A stretch of 63,763 bases of DNA, counting the filler, from Octopus bimaculoides (lineage: Eukaryota), in the NCBI RefSeq assembly GCF_001194135.2. It is 8 parts of 7 records of this genome, joined end to end, with 100 filler letters (N's around TTAATTAATTAA, not from the genome) between each part and the next. Parts side by side here need not be neighbours in the genome. Positions count along the whole stretch, not along the records: positions 26,070 to 40,968 come from NC_069009.1; 7 more parts are not named here. One strand, given 5' to 3'. Shown here in pieces: positions 26,070-39,112 of the stretch. Under the pieces are notes generated by a model that did not search any database, was not told where the DNA came from, and worked only from the letters and a program-made list of their open reading frames with translations. Position numbers and translations under genes: made by a program. Numbering within the stretch: position 1 is the first letter of the stretch; every line of letters begins with the position of its first letter.

Positions 26070-27130
26070 ATGTTATCGCAGGGTAAGTGCAATTCTGAAG
26101 ACAGAGCTGAATGCAAGAAAGAAGATTGAAGAGATCTATACTTTAGCCATATTGGTCTTGAGGTACAGTTTCAATATGGACAAGTTTTGACATTGTTTAC
26201 AATACATAGAATGTACCACCCTAAGGCAGATATAGACAGACTTTACCTGCCAAGAAAAGAGCGTAGTCGTATACTTTCACGACTGAAATTAACAATGAAG
26301 ATTTTCACAATTCGCCTAAACACCTGAAAAAATCTGATGATTGGACGATAAAACCCGTTTTAAAGTACGAAAACAAGAGAACATCATACTCAGTAACAAA
26401 AGCAAATGAAGAAATATCTAAAGGAATTCCAAACACAACAAACCCCAGAATTAGATGTACAGGAAACAAGCACAGTAAAAACTAAACGAATGAAAACCCA
26501 TAGTTAAACAGCTGCCTTAGATATTCTTACTGATAAATGACAAAAACCTCTCAATGGTAAATACCCAGAGAGCTAAAAATGCCGAAGTTAGTGTCAATGG
26601 TTAATGTTTTCTAGCTTCAAATCAGGAAAAGGAGGATTAATCATACAGCCCAAGATGAAATCCTACCTACAAGGAGCTACCTGGTCAACATATTGAAGAA
26701 AGGCAGTGGTGCAACACGTCGTGTAAATGAAACCATTGATCATGGTGTCTCCATTTGCAGTTCCTTTGCTCCCACAGGGTATCTTAACAGGTATGATAGA
26801 GCAGCACAGTATATCAACTGGGTAGTTTGCAAAAAAATTGCAATTGCCCCATGATAAAAAATTGTGGGAACACAAACCAGCTCCTGTGCTTGAAATTGAC
26901 CACATTTCATACGTCTGGAACTTCACCATTCAAAGTGAGCGAAAGATAGATGTAAATACACCGACATTATATTGAATGTATTCAGGCAAAAATTGTGCCT
27001 TTTCATTGATATAAATGTCTCAATCGACATAAATGTATCAGTCAAGACCTACCAAAAACTGAGCAAGTATAAAGATCTTGAAATAGAAACTGTCAAAATA
27101 TGGGACCTGAAGACTAAAACAATACCGCTA
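26070..27130 (+). mobile_element. R4/Dong-like RLE non-LTR retrotransposon, older decayed copy
   Basis: Homologous to the adjacent copy: LKTELN-, MYHPKADIDRLYLP-, ETIDH-, YLNRYDRAAQYI- and IDVNTPDII-like segments with many disruptions. Confidence 0.75.
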
Positions 27131-28050
27131 ATCGAAGAGAATTTCATCGCAGGGTGAGAGCAATACTGAAGACAGAGCTGAACGCAAAAAACAGGATCGA
27201 AGCGATCAATGCTCTAGCCATATCAGTCGTGACTTACAGTTTCAATATCGTTAACGGGTCAATTACTGAAATATATAATGTTGATAGAAAAATAGGAAAA
27301 CTGTTGACAATGCATAGAATGCACCACCCTAAGGCAGATATAGAACGTCTTTATTTGCCAAGAAAAAAGGGAGGCCGTGGACTTCTACAGCTGGCATTAA
27401 CAATGAAGGTAGCCACAGTTAGCCTAGACACCTATCTGAAAAACTCTGAGGACTGGATGCTAAAACTTGTCTCAAAACTTGAAAGCAAGAAAGCATCCTA
27501 CTCAGTAACAAAACAGGCAAAGGAATATTAAAGTGAATTCCAATTGCAAACAAATTTAAGAATTAGAGGAACTAGAACAAACGCAGAAAAAGCTAAGCGC
27601 TTGAAAACCCGTGCTAAAATTGCTGCCTTGGATATTATGACTGAAAAATGGCATGGTAAACCTCTCAATGGCAAATACTCAAAGAGAGCGAATAATGCAG
27701 ATATTGACAAAGCACTTACCCATCAATGGCTAATGGCCTCTGGCTTGAAATCAGAAACAGAGGAGTTTATCATAGGAGCCCAAAGTCAATGCCTACCTAC
27801 AAATAACTTCCAGGCCAACATATTAAAGAACGGCAGCTCCCCATTATGTCGTATATGCCAACAACAAAATGAGACCATCGGTCATGTTGTCTCCATGTGC
27901 AGTCTGCTTGCGCCTACAGAGTATTTCAACAGGCATGATAGAGTTGCACAATATATTCACTGGGTAACATGCAAGAACCTGGAATTGCCCCATGATAAAA
28001 ACTGGTGGGAACACAAACCACCCCTAGTACTTGAAAATGATCACGTTCCT
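27130..28050 (+). mobile_element. R4/Dong-like RLE retrotransposon ORF fragment (RT C-terminus, CCHC knuckle, RHD motif)
   Basis: ORFs 27154-27531 and 27544-28053 contain ILKTELNAKNRIEAIN, MHHPKADIERLYLPRKKGGRGL, CRICQQQNETIGHVVSMC and NRHDRVAQYIHW. Confidence 0.9.
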
Positions 28051-28375
28051 TAAATACTGAAAACAGTTTTTTTATTTGCTCGTGTTTTGTGGCTAATTGT
28101 ATTAGTTTTCCTTGTTTCTGGAGTAGGTATTTTTTTGCAGTCCTATGGCGGTCATTTTATAATAGTTTTCCAGCTGTATAAGACCCCTGTCACCTTCTGT
28201 GCGTTGTATATATAGCCGTTCCACATCAGATTTTGGGTGGTGCATCCTATATCCTGTCATTATTTTTCTTGTTTTCCTGTCTATTTTAGATAGTTCGTTT
28301 AGTGTCCAGTTAAGGATAATGTAGTTGTAGCTTATAACTGGGACAGTTTTAGCATTGAGCTCTGTTTTTAGTATC
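28050..28375 (-). mobile_element. R4/Dong-like fragment fused tail-to-tail to the plus-strand copy
   Basis: Minus strand reads ILKTELNAKTVPVISY..IDRKTRKIMTGYRMHHPKSDVERLYIQRTEGDRGLIQL. Confidence 0.8.
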
Positions 28376-28435
<60 letters not shown>

Positions 28436-29908
28436 CTGATTGACTTTTGCTTTGTTTTTGTACAAGCAGGTTCCAAATCTCCCCCAGAGACCTCAAGGGA
28501 CTACAAGTTAGAGTTTCATGTTTGTGTTATGCCTAGGGTATCATATATTTAGTTTTGCACATAGAATTGTCCTAGAGAATGTTTAACAAAACAAGAAAAT
28601 TATGAATTAGTTTTAAGATTTGAAATTACATAGACAGTATGTTACGTAGTTTATGAGCAGTTTCCATAAACAAAACTCTCTTTTGAATTTCTGCCACTTT
28701 AGGGTTTCCTGATATATGAATCACCCCTTTTACTATCATTGCGTGGGCACCTATGACAACAGGTATTGCTTTAGTCTTGAGATTCCACATTTTGCCAACT
28801 TCTATCTCAAGATCTTTATAATAGCTCAGTTTTTAGTAGGTCTTCACTGATACATTTATGTCGATTGGGACAGTCATAAATGAGGAGGCATGATTTTTGT
28901 CTGAAGTCTTTCAATATAATGTCTGGCCTATTCGCATCTATCTTTCTCTCACTTTGAATGGCGAAGTTCCAGAGGAGTGAGATGTTATCATTTTCAAGTA
29001 CTAGAGATGGTTTGTATTCCCACCGGTTTGTATCATGAGACAGTTCCATGTTTTGGCAAATTACCCAGTGAATGTATTGTGCAGCTCTATCATGCCTGTT
29101 GAGATACTCTGTAGGGGCAAGAAGACTGCAAATAGGGACAACATGATCAATGGTTTCATTTTGTTGTTGACATACACATGTTGGGCTAGTGCCGTTCTTT
29201 AATATTTTGGACTGGTAGTTTCTTGTAGGTAGACATTGATCTTGGGCCGCTATGATAAAGCATTCTCCTTCTGATTTTAAACCAGAAGACACTAACTATT
29301 GAAGGGTAAGTGCTTTGTCATCATCTACACTATTAGAACCTCTGAGTATTTGCCTTTGAGAGGTTTCACTTGCCATTTATCAGTAAGAAAATGTAAGGCA
29401 GCCGGTTTAGCGTGGGTATTCATACACTTAGATTTTTCTGTGCTTGCTTCTAGTACGTCTCATTCTGGGATTTCTTGTATTTTGAATTCACTGAAATATT
29501 CATTTGCCTGTTTTGTTGCTGAGTTCTTGATTTCATGATTTCATGAGTTCTTGATTTCATGATTTCATGAGTTCTTGATTACATGGCTTGAGATAAATTT
29601 CAACAGCCGGGCAATTGTGGCAATCTTCATTGTTAATTCCAGTTCTAAAAGTCCACAGCCACCCTTTTCTTGGCAGGTAATGTCTTCCTTCTGCTCCTTT
29701 CCTTCATCACTGAACGTTTGATTTCGTTCCCTTAAAATGCCCCTAGGTATTTATAGCTCTTTACTGGTTCTAATTCCTTTATGACATTCTGCTCGTCAAA
29801 ATTATCATTGGATGTTTCTGTCATCTTTATTTTGATAAATGTAGCTTTTGCACATTTATCGAGGCCAAATTGCATCCTGATGAAATCACCGTATTGCTTG
29901 ACAGCCAC
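28436..29908 (-). mobile_element. 5'-truncated R4/Dong-like RLE retrotransposon bounded on both sides by (TAA)n
   Basis: Contains RMQFGLDKCAKATF (RT), YLNRHDRAAQYIHW and IDANRPDIILKD (PD-(D/E)xK nuclease). Flanked by (TTA)n tracts at 28376-28435 and 29909-29973. Confidence 0.9.
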
Positions 29909-29974
<66 letters not shown>

Positions 29975-30653
29975 CCTGGTTTGAAATTGTGTCGCTTATT
30001 GTGCAGTATTACTACAGCATAAGTCTGTTTCTGCTACTTGAACAATATGCCCAGAGAAGGGCCGATCAACTTACCTACTGTTCGGAAGTACATTTTAACA
30101 GCCTGTATACATGACCTAAAGAATTTTGTGCTATATCGAAAGTGCTCTCTTCTTTCTCTTCTTCCCAAATAGCAACATCTTGATTTTCTTTTGTATCCAT
30201 GTATTTAATCAATGTTGGTGTTTGCGCTTGGTAAGACCAATCAGCATATACATTTGTACAAACTTGTTAAACATCTAGCAGCCATTTTCTCATTGCAACA
30301 CTATCAAATGTTCTTCTGACCGTGTTTTTTCACCTCGTAAAATGTGTTATGATCTGCTTAATACTTCCGGCCCAAGACGAAACATTAAAGGACTATATAT
30401 TTTTCTTCATATTCATGCACACATATACACATGCCCATACACACACTTTACACAAAATACCAAACAGCGATGATGTAGAATCCAAAGACATATGATCAAG
30501 CACATTGTCACACAGATGTTCACATACACATATATAGAGAGAATGTGATTTAGAGAGGGACAAACGAATGTTAAGTAAGTATTATGGCAAGATATTAAGT
30601 ATGTGGAAATATATAGTCAAAGAAAAAGTATCAGCAAAACTGGTCAAACTTAC

Positions 30654-30725
30654 AAACGTCTTAAGGCTGGAAGATTTGCAAACGACCCATTTTCAATTCT
30701 GACGATTTTATTATTGGATACAAAT
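30654..30725 (-). CDS. Internal 72-nt phase-2/phase-2 exon encoding one typical LRR (xFVSNNKIVRIENGSFANLPALRRL) of an extracellular-LRR protein
   Basis: Minus strand reads catctcttctgtttttcag|ATTTGTATCC...AAGACGTTT|gtaagt: pyrimidine-rich acceptor, consensus donor, exactly 72 nt. The peptide fits xLxxNxIxxIxxxxFxxLxxLxxL, with both junctions inside the Leu codon as in LGR/Slit/peroxidasin-type LRR genes. Confidence 0.85.
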
Positions 30726-31243
30726 CTGAAAAACAGAAGAGATGTGTCATAAATTTCAAATATTACGTCCAACAAATTAGATGCAGAAATAGAAGTAATA
30801 TAAATATAAGTGAAAGAATTAAGTGAATATGACAATGTAAATGATGAGTTAAGAATGTAATGAATATAATGATGAGGGATGTAGTAATGTTATGTGATGA
30901 TGAAGGCGATAATGATTATGACGATGACATTGGTGGTGACAGATTTAGTGGTGGTGAAGTTGTCCCGGTCTGCTCGCAATGCAGCTCTGGTTTATGAGTG
31001 ATAAGGATGATAATGATGGTGAAGATGACGATGGTGATCATGACGATGATGAAGATGTCAACTACAATGACGACGAGGATGATGATGATGATGATTATCA
31101 TTATAATGGAGGCTAGAGCTAAACTTTGTGATTATGATGAGGAAGAGGACGCTGATATAGAAAGTAAAAAAAAACTATAATAAAAGTGGAGGATGAGAAA
31201 ACGAAGAAATTAAACACGAGTAGATAAGGAGAAACGGGGGACG

Positions 31244-31279
<36 letters not shown>

Positions 31280-31499
31280 ATATTCAATCCTTCTATCTAT
31301 TATTCTATCCTTCTATCTATTTATCTATCAATATATAGCTGGATATGTAGGTAGATAGATCGCCAGAGAGATAGAGATACATGCTAGAGAACGGTGTTTA
31401 TTCGAAAACATCAAACCTAGGACTTATTCGTTGTTAGACTAGTACTTATTCTATCGGTCTCTTATTCTCAAACGCTAAGTTACATTTTCGCCTTGTTTG

Positions 31500-34400
31500 A
31501 AGTGAGAAATCTATTAATATTCTTCAATGAGCAGGTATTCCAATGAGGAAGAATTCATAGGAGATGCCATGAGACTCGACGTTTTAATTGAAGAATTGCT
31601 GTTACCGGGAGATACTATTCAAATGTAAGACATGGATAAAAAGAAAACGAAAAATAAAACATTCAATTTTGCGCCGGTCGTTAGTGTCACATGAGAAGAT
31701 GTTAGTATCGAGAAAGACGAAATAGCCAAGTACAAGTGCCTTCAAGAGGGAGGGACAGAAAGTAAAACTAAATCCGCCCGGGTAAGTCATCTACACCACA
31801 CATAAAACTTTGATATATAAAACCTTTTTGGATAAAAAACAAAAAGATTGATATGGCCTAAAAGGAGGCCATAGAGAAATGTCTACAACCTATATGGCAG
31901 GATGCAACATATATAACAAGAGGAGGTCAGTTCATCACATTGGAGATAATTTTCAAACGGAGGAAGCCATGCAATATTCAACAACAACGTTCACATCAGC
32001 CGTGTTGTTTCAACCGCAACATACCTTGGAGGACGTACTTCCAAGATAAAGCTAGGAGACGTACCGCCAGAAGTTGATGTTCCATGGCGTACGGCAGCTC
32101 TAATACTCGGATTAGAAAACAAGATTACCATCCTTCAAGCAACCAAATTTCACCAGCAAAACTGGAAGAGCAGGGATTAGATAAAGTATTCCAAGCAGCC
32201 TCTACCGACCTGGAAAAATTCTGGACTAAACTTTAATTAGTGAAGACATCAAATTAAGTTCATGGTTGAGGGGCAAAAGCTGCGCAGCTGTAAGTGTGGC
32301 CAAATGGGCCATATAAGCGTAGGATGCTCTCCACCAACGTCACTTATAACAACCGCAAAACGACACTCACACCATCCGATAGAACCACAATGGATACAGA
32401 GATGATAGCGGAAACCCCAAATCAAATCTACTAAAAGAGTGGTGCCAGAGTCTGAAGCTCAGAAAAAACAGGAAATAGATTGGACTACCGTCACGCAAAA
32501 AAGCAGAAAATGTTAGAGCCCCGCCCAGCTTCCATTGCCAATAATACGAACACAAGCACAGAAAACCCCAAACCCGCCACCCCTGGACCCCCTAACACGC
32601 ATTCTGCATCATAGGCATAATCTCTAACAATAACGAACCAATGCAAGTAACAGAAAAATTCTCATCGAGAAAACCAAACCAAGAACCACGTTACTCCAAC
32701 ATTCCACCTCCCATCGAGATCTATCAAATCTATTAGATATACATTTTTAAAACATTCATTCACTGAAGATATTGGAGCATTCCAGTAACCTGTACAAAAA
32801 TGTTCACCCTTCCCCCGCCCCCCAAAAAACGACGCAAGGAATGTGGATGGTGAATTACCCTCCACTCTCCTCTAAATGTAAGAAAACTTAGGTTGAATAA
32901 ATATACGTGGCCTCGGGTCGGAATGGCAGCAAAGGTATCTCCTTGACGACATCGGGTTGCATAGAATAGATTTAGTAGATACTACTGAAACAAGACTGAG
33001 TGGACTGCAGGCTTTTTCACCCCTGCTAAATTGCTACGAGAAATTTAATTCTCCTTGCCAACCTGGAGTGTAAGGAGGGGTTGCAGTTCTACTTAGGAAA
33101 AATCTGGATTTAGAGATAAGAATTTAGAGATAAGAATTGGAGGGCAGGTTAGTAATCCTTGATGTGACGCACAGTAGCGGTAAATCTTCCAAGTTGGTCG
33201 TTGTCTACACTTCTTGCGGAGCATGGAAGTCTGACTATTTCCGAAGCCAAGAGAATTTTCTAGGTACGTCCAAACACTTTAGTGTTGTTAGGGGAATCTA
33301 ACACAATCTGCGACGCACGCATAGATTGTGTTGGCTCGAAACGGATATGAGAGGGTCTTCTTAGTCGTTTTCAGCTGGCTGACCGATTCACACTCGATCA
33401 CCAGGACGTTCCATTGTGGACATGGGCGAATAACGATGGGTCTTCCAGATCTTATCTACACAGGAATATTGTTAGAATTAAAGATAAGAACATAGATAGT
33501 TGTCCACAACATCATATTGTCAATCACAGTGATCACAATTTGTAACCTACAGATTTGACTTAGATAGTATGTGTAGACAGAAACCAGGTTACTGGAAGTT
33601 AAGCAGGTCGCTTTTGGCCTATGAAGCCTGCAGGAACCAGGTTACGTAGTTAGTGATGAGGGCGTTGACTGGTACCATTATTAGCAAAAAATTGTGGTAT
33701 GCCCTCAAAAGAGTCATTAAATTTGCGTCCATTTGATTTAGTAAGGATCTAGTTAGTAATAGAATAGAATAGAATGAGCTTCAGTTAAGGCGCTAGAGTT
33801 TTAGCTGTGCGGTTGGCGCTCGACCAACATCTCAAAGCGAAGCACAAAAAACGCTTTGTCAGGGGTATGTTGCGTGCAATAGGACAACAGAGAATCAACG
33901 TTGCCAGATGGGCCCATGTGTTAGGCACCCAACGTGGCAATAATGTAATAATAAGACTTTTGAGGGACCAACATGAGCACTCATTAAACAAACCTGAGAT
34001 GTGCAAAGAGTTTCACGAATATTTCACACAGTTGTTCGGGAGTGTCGGTGTGGCGGTGGGACGGAGCGTAGGGAGGACCTCACTGACTCGTGTCGGTTTG
34101 CCGCGTCTCTCAGGGCGGGAAGCGGAATGCTGTGAAAGGCTGATCCCAGCTGTGAAAGGCCGATCCCAGCTGTGAAAGGCCGATCCCAGCTGTGAAAGGC
34201 CGATACGAACTCTATTACACTATGCCAGACATGTTTGGGCACCTACTTGCATGCGTGTATACCAATAGGAAGCAGAACAGTTGTATTCCCAAGTCTGTGA
34301 GCCGGGGGATTATGACGCTGCAAAGAAAGGCCTACAATAAGGGGGGTGTAATTTTAGGCCCTGCACTCTGCTTAATGCAAAACTGAATATTTTGGCCGGG

Positions 34401-35060
34401 GAATTATCAAAAAGTGTGGGTGGACTTATTTGAGAGGCACAAACCACGTAGGTCAATTCACGACAGTCTTTACCTTATGCGCTGTACCTTAGAGAGGGTA
34501 AATAGATTTCCTGGAAGGATAGAGCCATGATACATTTTGACTAATCTAAAGCGTTTGATAGGGTTGACCATCAGTTTCTAGTGGTGGTCTTTGCGGCTGT
34601 CGGGTTTGGCTCGCCGTTCCTTGGGTGGATCACCGATTTAGAGAGCAACATCGAATCGATCGTTCGGGTGAACGGTTTCGTTTCGGAACTGTTCTGCATT
34701 GAGCGCTCGGTATGGCAAGGATGTCCTCTCTCCCCTCTTCTGCATGTTTTGTCCCTCAATGTATTGCTGCGAAAGCTGGAGGTTAAGAGAGGCATGCCGC
34801 GAGATCTAAGATGTGGAAAATCGATTTTGGTGTATGCAGACGACATCACCGTCATCGTATCCCGGATCGAACACTTACCGTGGGTAGGTAAGGCATTAAG
34901 GGGTTACGAGGCAGTGACAGGGGCAAACATTAACCGGAATAAGTCGGTCAGCTTGCAACTCAGCACATGGAGGGGCAAGTCGATATCGCCCAACACCATC
35001 ATTGGACGATGGACGGACGGACCGGTAAAAATGTTAGGTGTCAGGTTTGGTCCAGTACTC
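31500..35060 (+). mobile_element. Tx1/L1-like LINE relic (ORF1 with zinc knuckle, APE endonuclease, RT)
   Basis: ORF1 knuckle VEGQKLRSCKCGQMGHISVGC (about 32262-32330); APE start INIRGLG..TETRL and SDH motif; RT motifs SVWQGCPLSPLL and YADDITVIV; many stops. Confidence 0.85.
34130..34204 (+). repeat. 20-bp tandem repeat (CTGTGAAAGGCCGATCCCAG) x about 3.7 inside a LINE
   Basis: Directly visible in the sequence. Confidence 0.9.
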
Positions 35061-35184
35061 CAGTTTGGCCAGTACTCTGGTTTGGTCCAGTATTCTTATT
35101 TTATTTTTCTTTATCCATGTAGACAGTAGGAGCCACCTACTCTGAGTATTTTACTTTTTCAATTACCCCTATGTTTTCCAATCT

Positions 35185-36500
35185 TTTTAGTTCCTTTTCG
35201 GTCTGAACACCGGAACCATATTTTCTTTCAACTCATATTTTACTGTGATTTGTTCACACGTTCCGAGTTCCTTCCAAGACGACAAGGGGGTATATCTTCT
35301 TTACTTTTAAATTCAATTTTTCCGACGCATTATCTGACACGGAATGTGACACGTTCACCTTCTTACATAATGTATTCAATGGTGGATCCCACAGGCCGAA
35401 TTCTTCCATTAAATCTGTGCTGAACAGATTCATTGTATTTTTAGATACCATTATTTTATTTTTCCGCGTCATTTCTTTAAGTTTTATTTATGGCGAAATT
35501 TCGCCCAAGAATTGAACTCGTTGCCCCGACACAACGTGAAATATCTTGGTATTTTTTGTATACCGGCTTTCCTATCTTAATCCATATTGACGTACTAGTT
35601 ATCGATACGCCTGAACCGGTATCTAATTGCATTTTCGGTGTTCTATGCTATAATTTAATTTTGTTGAGTAGACTTTCTTCGGTTTCTGATTTTTGACATT
35701 TTTCTTCAACCAGCTTATTGACAAGCTGTACCGGATTTTACTGCACTTAAAACTCTTTAGCTTTGAAGGGAAAATCCTTCCTAAAATTCAGATCTCTGCA
35801 AACATATCACGGTTTCACATTTATCTGTCTTTTTTGGAATACTTTCGTTACACGTTTGTACACTATTATTATTATTATTATTATCATTATTATTTTTCTT
35901 CTTCTTATTATTATTATTCTTTTTTGTTTTTCTTGTATCTTCTCGAAGGTGAATTATTTGTTGGCATTCCTCGGCCAATTTATGCTAAGTTAGTTCAACA
36001 TCTTGATTCAACTTTGATAATATTCTTTTTCTAATGTCCATGTCTTCCGTTGCCACAAGCCCTTTAAAGAACATTTGGCACGAAAACTTTTGTATCTTTA
36101 TTTTTCCGAGAAAGGCAGCGAAATTGGGTTTTGATGAAGTGATTAATATCTTTAATAATATTTTTAGCGAAAAAAAGTTCAGTGTTTTACATTCTGTGGA
36201 AATGTTTGTATTTAAAAAAAGAGTGACTAAACAACATAGGCTGATATTGTTTATAAGGGTTTTGAAAGGTTTAAGCTCAGACATTTAACGCCAGTGACTA
36301 AAATGTGAACTGACTTATTACTATAAATTTAAAATCTGTTAGTAATTGGCGTTTCGTGTTCGTAGCAGTTCCCTGTGAGCATTTAATATAGATCGTTGAG
36401 TCTCGTATAATAGTAATAGTAGTACGTAGTCTATATGGTTTCTTTCTCCTCAGTGCATATCCAATACAAAAATATAAACGTAGCCAAGAATTAATTGCAC
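35185..36500 (-). mobile_element. Gypsy-type LTR retrotransposon gag-protease relic
   Basis: Contains FKGLVATEDMDIRKRILSKLNQDVELT*HKLAEECQQIIHLREDT and, after a frameshift, GTCEQITVKYELKENMVPVFRPKR. These resemble invertebrate Gypsy gag and pre-RT motifs. LTRs not identified. Confidence 0.7.
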
Positions 36501-37170
36501 GCTTTGGAGTACAAATGGACATGTCAGGTCTCCCGGGCAATTTTAAATACTGGCATTATCAATATGGTATTTTTCTGGGGATATTTGATTACTCTTCATA
36601 TAAGAGATTCCGATATACACTATGAATATGAGTAGGCGTGTTCCTATGAAAATAGCTAAGATCTCAATATCTGACCTGAATGACACTGATTTTGGGTTCA
36701 TCTTCAAAAGCTCGGACGCTGTAATTTACAAAAGCCTCCCGGTACTTAGAGTAAATGATCACGTGTTGGAAACGTTTATATGGAGAAGAACGAGAAAGAG
36801 CTATAGTGAAATGGTTAGCGCTGTGCGGAAAACGTTCAGGACCTTATAAATTTTTTAAATACTATTTGAAAACGAATGCGAAGGTTGAGATAGATGTGCT
36901 GCCCAACTTCCGAATCAATTGTTTGGGAAGTGGGTTCATGTGGCAAGGAAGGCTGACGTATCACCTATAGTCTGTTTAGTACGGTGAAAAATGATGATGG
37001 TTAAGGAGTTGCGTTACGTATGGAGTTTCCTGTACAATCTTAGTATGTTTCCAATTTATTGACCGGTTTTGTTGTTAATTGATCTTTTATTATTGTTTAC
37101 ACGCAAGTTACTTTTATCTTCTACTTCTTCGTGTTTTGTAACCCATGACTCCAATAAAAATGAAATATCA

Positions 37171-37222
<52 letters not shown>

Positions 37223-37429
37223 CATCATCATCGTCCATTATGAAAGACTCACTATATTTCTTAATTACCGTTTATTTTTACTTGAAAGTAGGCAACANNN
37301 NNNNNNNNNNNNNNNNNNNNNNNNNNNNNNNNNNNNNNNNNNNNNNNNNNNNNNNNNNNNNNNNNNNNNNNNNNNNNNNNNNNNNNNNNNNNNNNNNNNN
37401 NNNNNNNNNNNNNNNNNNNNNNNNNNNNN

Positions 37430-37890
37430 NGCACCATAACCGCAGTAACTGGGATTTCTCAATATTTTCCGTTTCCTTACATTTCATCCTCGAATCGTCT
37501 GCTATTGCAATATCTTTTATCTTAACTTCCTTTTCATCGTTATGGATAAGTAAGATATCTGGTCGCCTCGCGTCTATATTTTCGTCGCACTGCATATTAA
37601 AATCCCAGACTATTTTCAAATGCTCGTTTCCATTACTCCCTCTGATTTGTGTTCATACCATTATTCGTATTTCTCCACGTCTACTTAACCGCACAACATC
37701 CAGCGGACATATCTGGCCACATTGTTGTGTCTCTTTTTATATTCGTGTTGTGCAAGCTTACAACACTCACTCACAATATGGCTTACACATTCTGCCTTCT
37801 CAGAGTACATCATACACTGAGGAGAGTCAGTGCTTATTTCAATGTGATATTCGAGTGGCTTGTTCTAAAAGCTTTTTCCTTGAGCGCTAC
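37430..37890 (-). mobile_element. R4/Dong-like RLE domain fragment
   Basis: Contains KIVWDFNMQCDENIDARRPDILL, preceded by a YxxRHNNVARYVRW-like segment; lies next to (TTA)n 37892-37990. Confidence 0.8.
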
Positions 37891-37891
37891 A

Positions 37892-37966
<75 letters not shown>

Positions 37967-37994
37967 CATTATCATCATCATAATTATTATTCAG

Positions 37995-38465
37995 TAGTCT
38001 TATTTTAATCACGTGGTTTCACTGCACTACCGAAGGCAGATCTATGTGCCTTGTGCATGTGATGTAGTTTGTTGCGGTGCTCTTATTTTCAATCTATTGA
38101 AAGTGATTTTCGTAGGATTTGTGTGGTGCCTAGCAGTGCTGTTACTCTATTTCCAGATCTTTTTGAAAGTTTCTGCTTTCTTTGTATTGATACATCGATT
38201 AGAAAGCATTTTTTCTCTACGTGGTCTTAGACAACTATATCCGGGATGTTAGTATTTCTCTGTGTTTATTGGCATATCCTAGACTATTGTTACTTTCTCA
38301 TTTTTCTGTCATTTTCTGGGATTTGTCTATACCATCTTTTTCTGTTGTTATTCCATAGTGTTGGCATAACTTCCAGTGTATATTGGTCCCAACTCTGTCG
38401 TGTCTGTGAATATATTCCTTTTCAGCCAGTACTGCGCAGCCACAGTTTGATAATTTCTTGTGGGG
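37995..38465 (-). mobile_element. R4/Dong-like 3' end with 3' UTR and (TAA)n tail
   Basis: Contains GCAVLAEKEYIHRHDRVGTNIHWKLC. The 3' UTR (CAAGGCACATAGATCTGCCTTCGGTAGTGCAGTGAAA) is shared with 40190-40260. Confidence 0.75.
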
Positions 38466-38469
38466 AGGC

Positions 38470-38531
<62 letters not shown>

Positions 38532-38639
38532 GTTGTTGTTGTTGTTATTGTTGTTGTTGTTGTTGATGATGATGCTGTTGCTGCTGCTGCTGATGTTAAT
38601 GTTGATGTTGTTTTTGTTATGGCGTGTATATCCCACTCA

Positions 38640-38990
38640 AAAGAGGCCTGAGTAAGAGTTACTGAAGTATGTTTAAGGAAACACCCATGTTTCCGGCATT
38701 TAAGTATTCATACCCAAATGAATTCCTCTCAAGACATGGCTATGATGCTCTGCCACTACTTCTGCGCATGATCAGAGATACACATATCGTCAGCCACCAA
38801 AGGACATGCTCAACTGGTTGAGGTCAAACAACTGACAAGCATGTATGTGATATTGAGCAGAATATTTGCTGTATCCCAACTTTTATATCAAGACAAAACA
38901 ATGTGCATGTTAACACTTCCAATCAGTTAAGATCAAAAGCCATGAGAGCCACTTCCTGGTACTGCATCAGGGCATTTATTCGTATCATCA
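38640..38990 (-). mobile_element. Second, truncated and inverted copy of the 40427-40950 element
   Basis: Reverse-complement homology to 40430-40770; also bounded by trinucleotide tracts. Confidence 0.7.
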
Positions 38991-39051
38991 TCATCATCAT
39001 CATCATGATCATCATAATCATCATGATCATGATTATGACCATCATCAACAA

Positions 39052-39112
<61 letters not shown>

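Noticed and set aside
36560-36970. Possible additional L1 ORF1 relic
   Set aside because: Only weak resemblance (DVLP..G..FMWQGR); insufficient to call.
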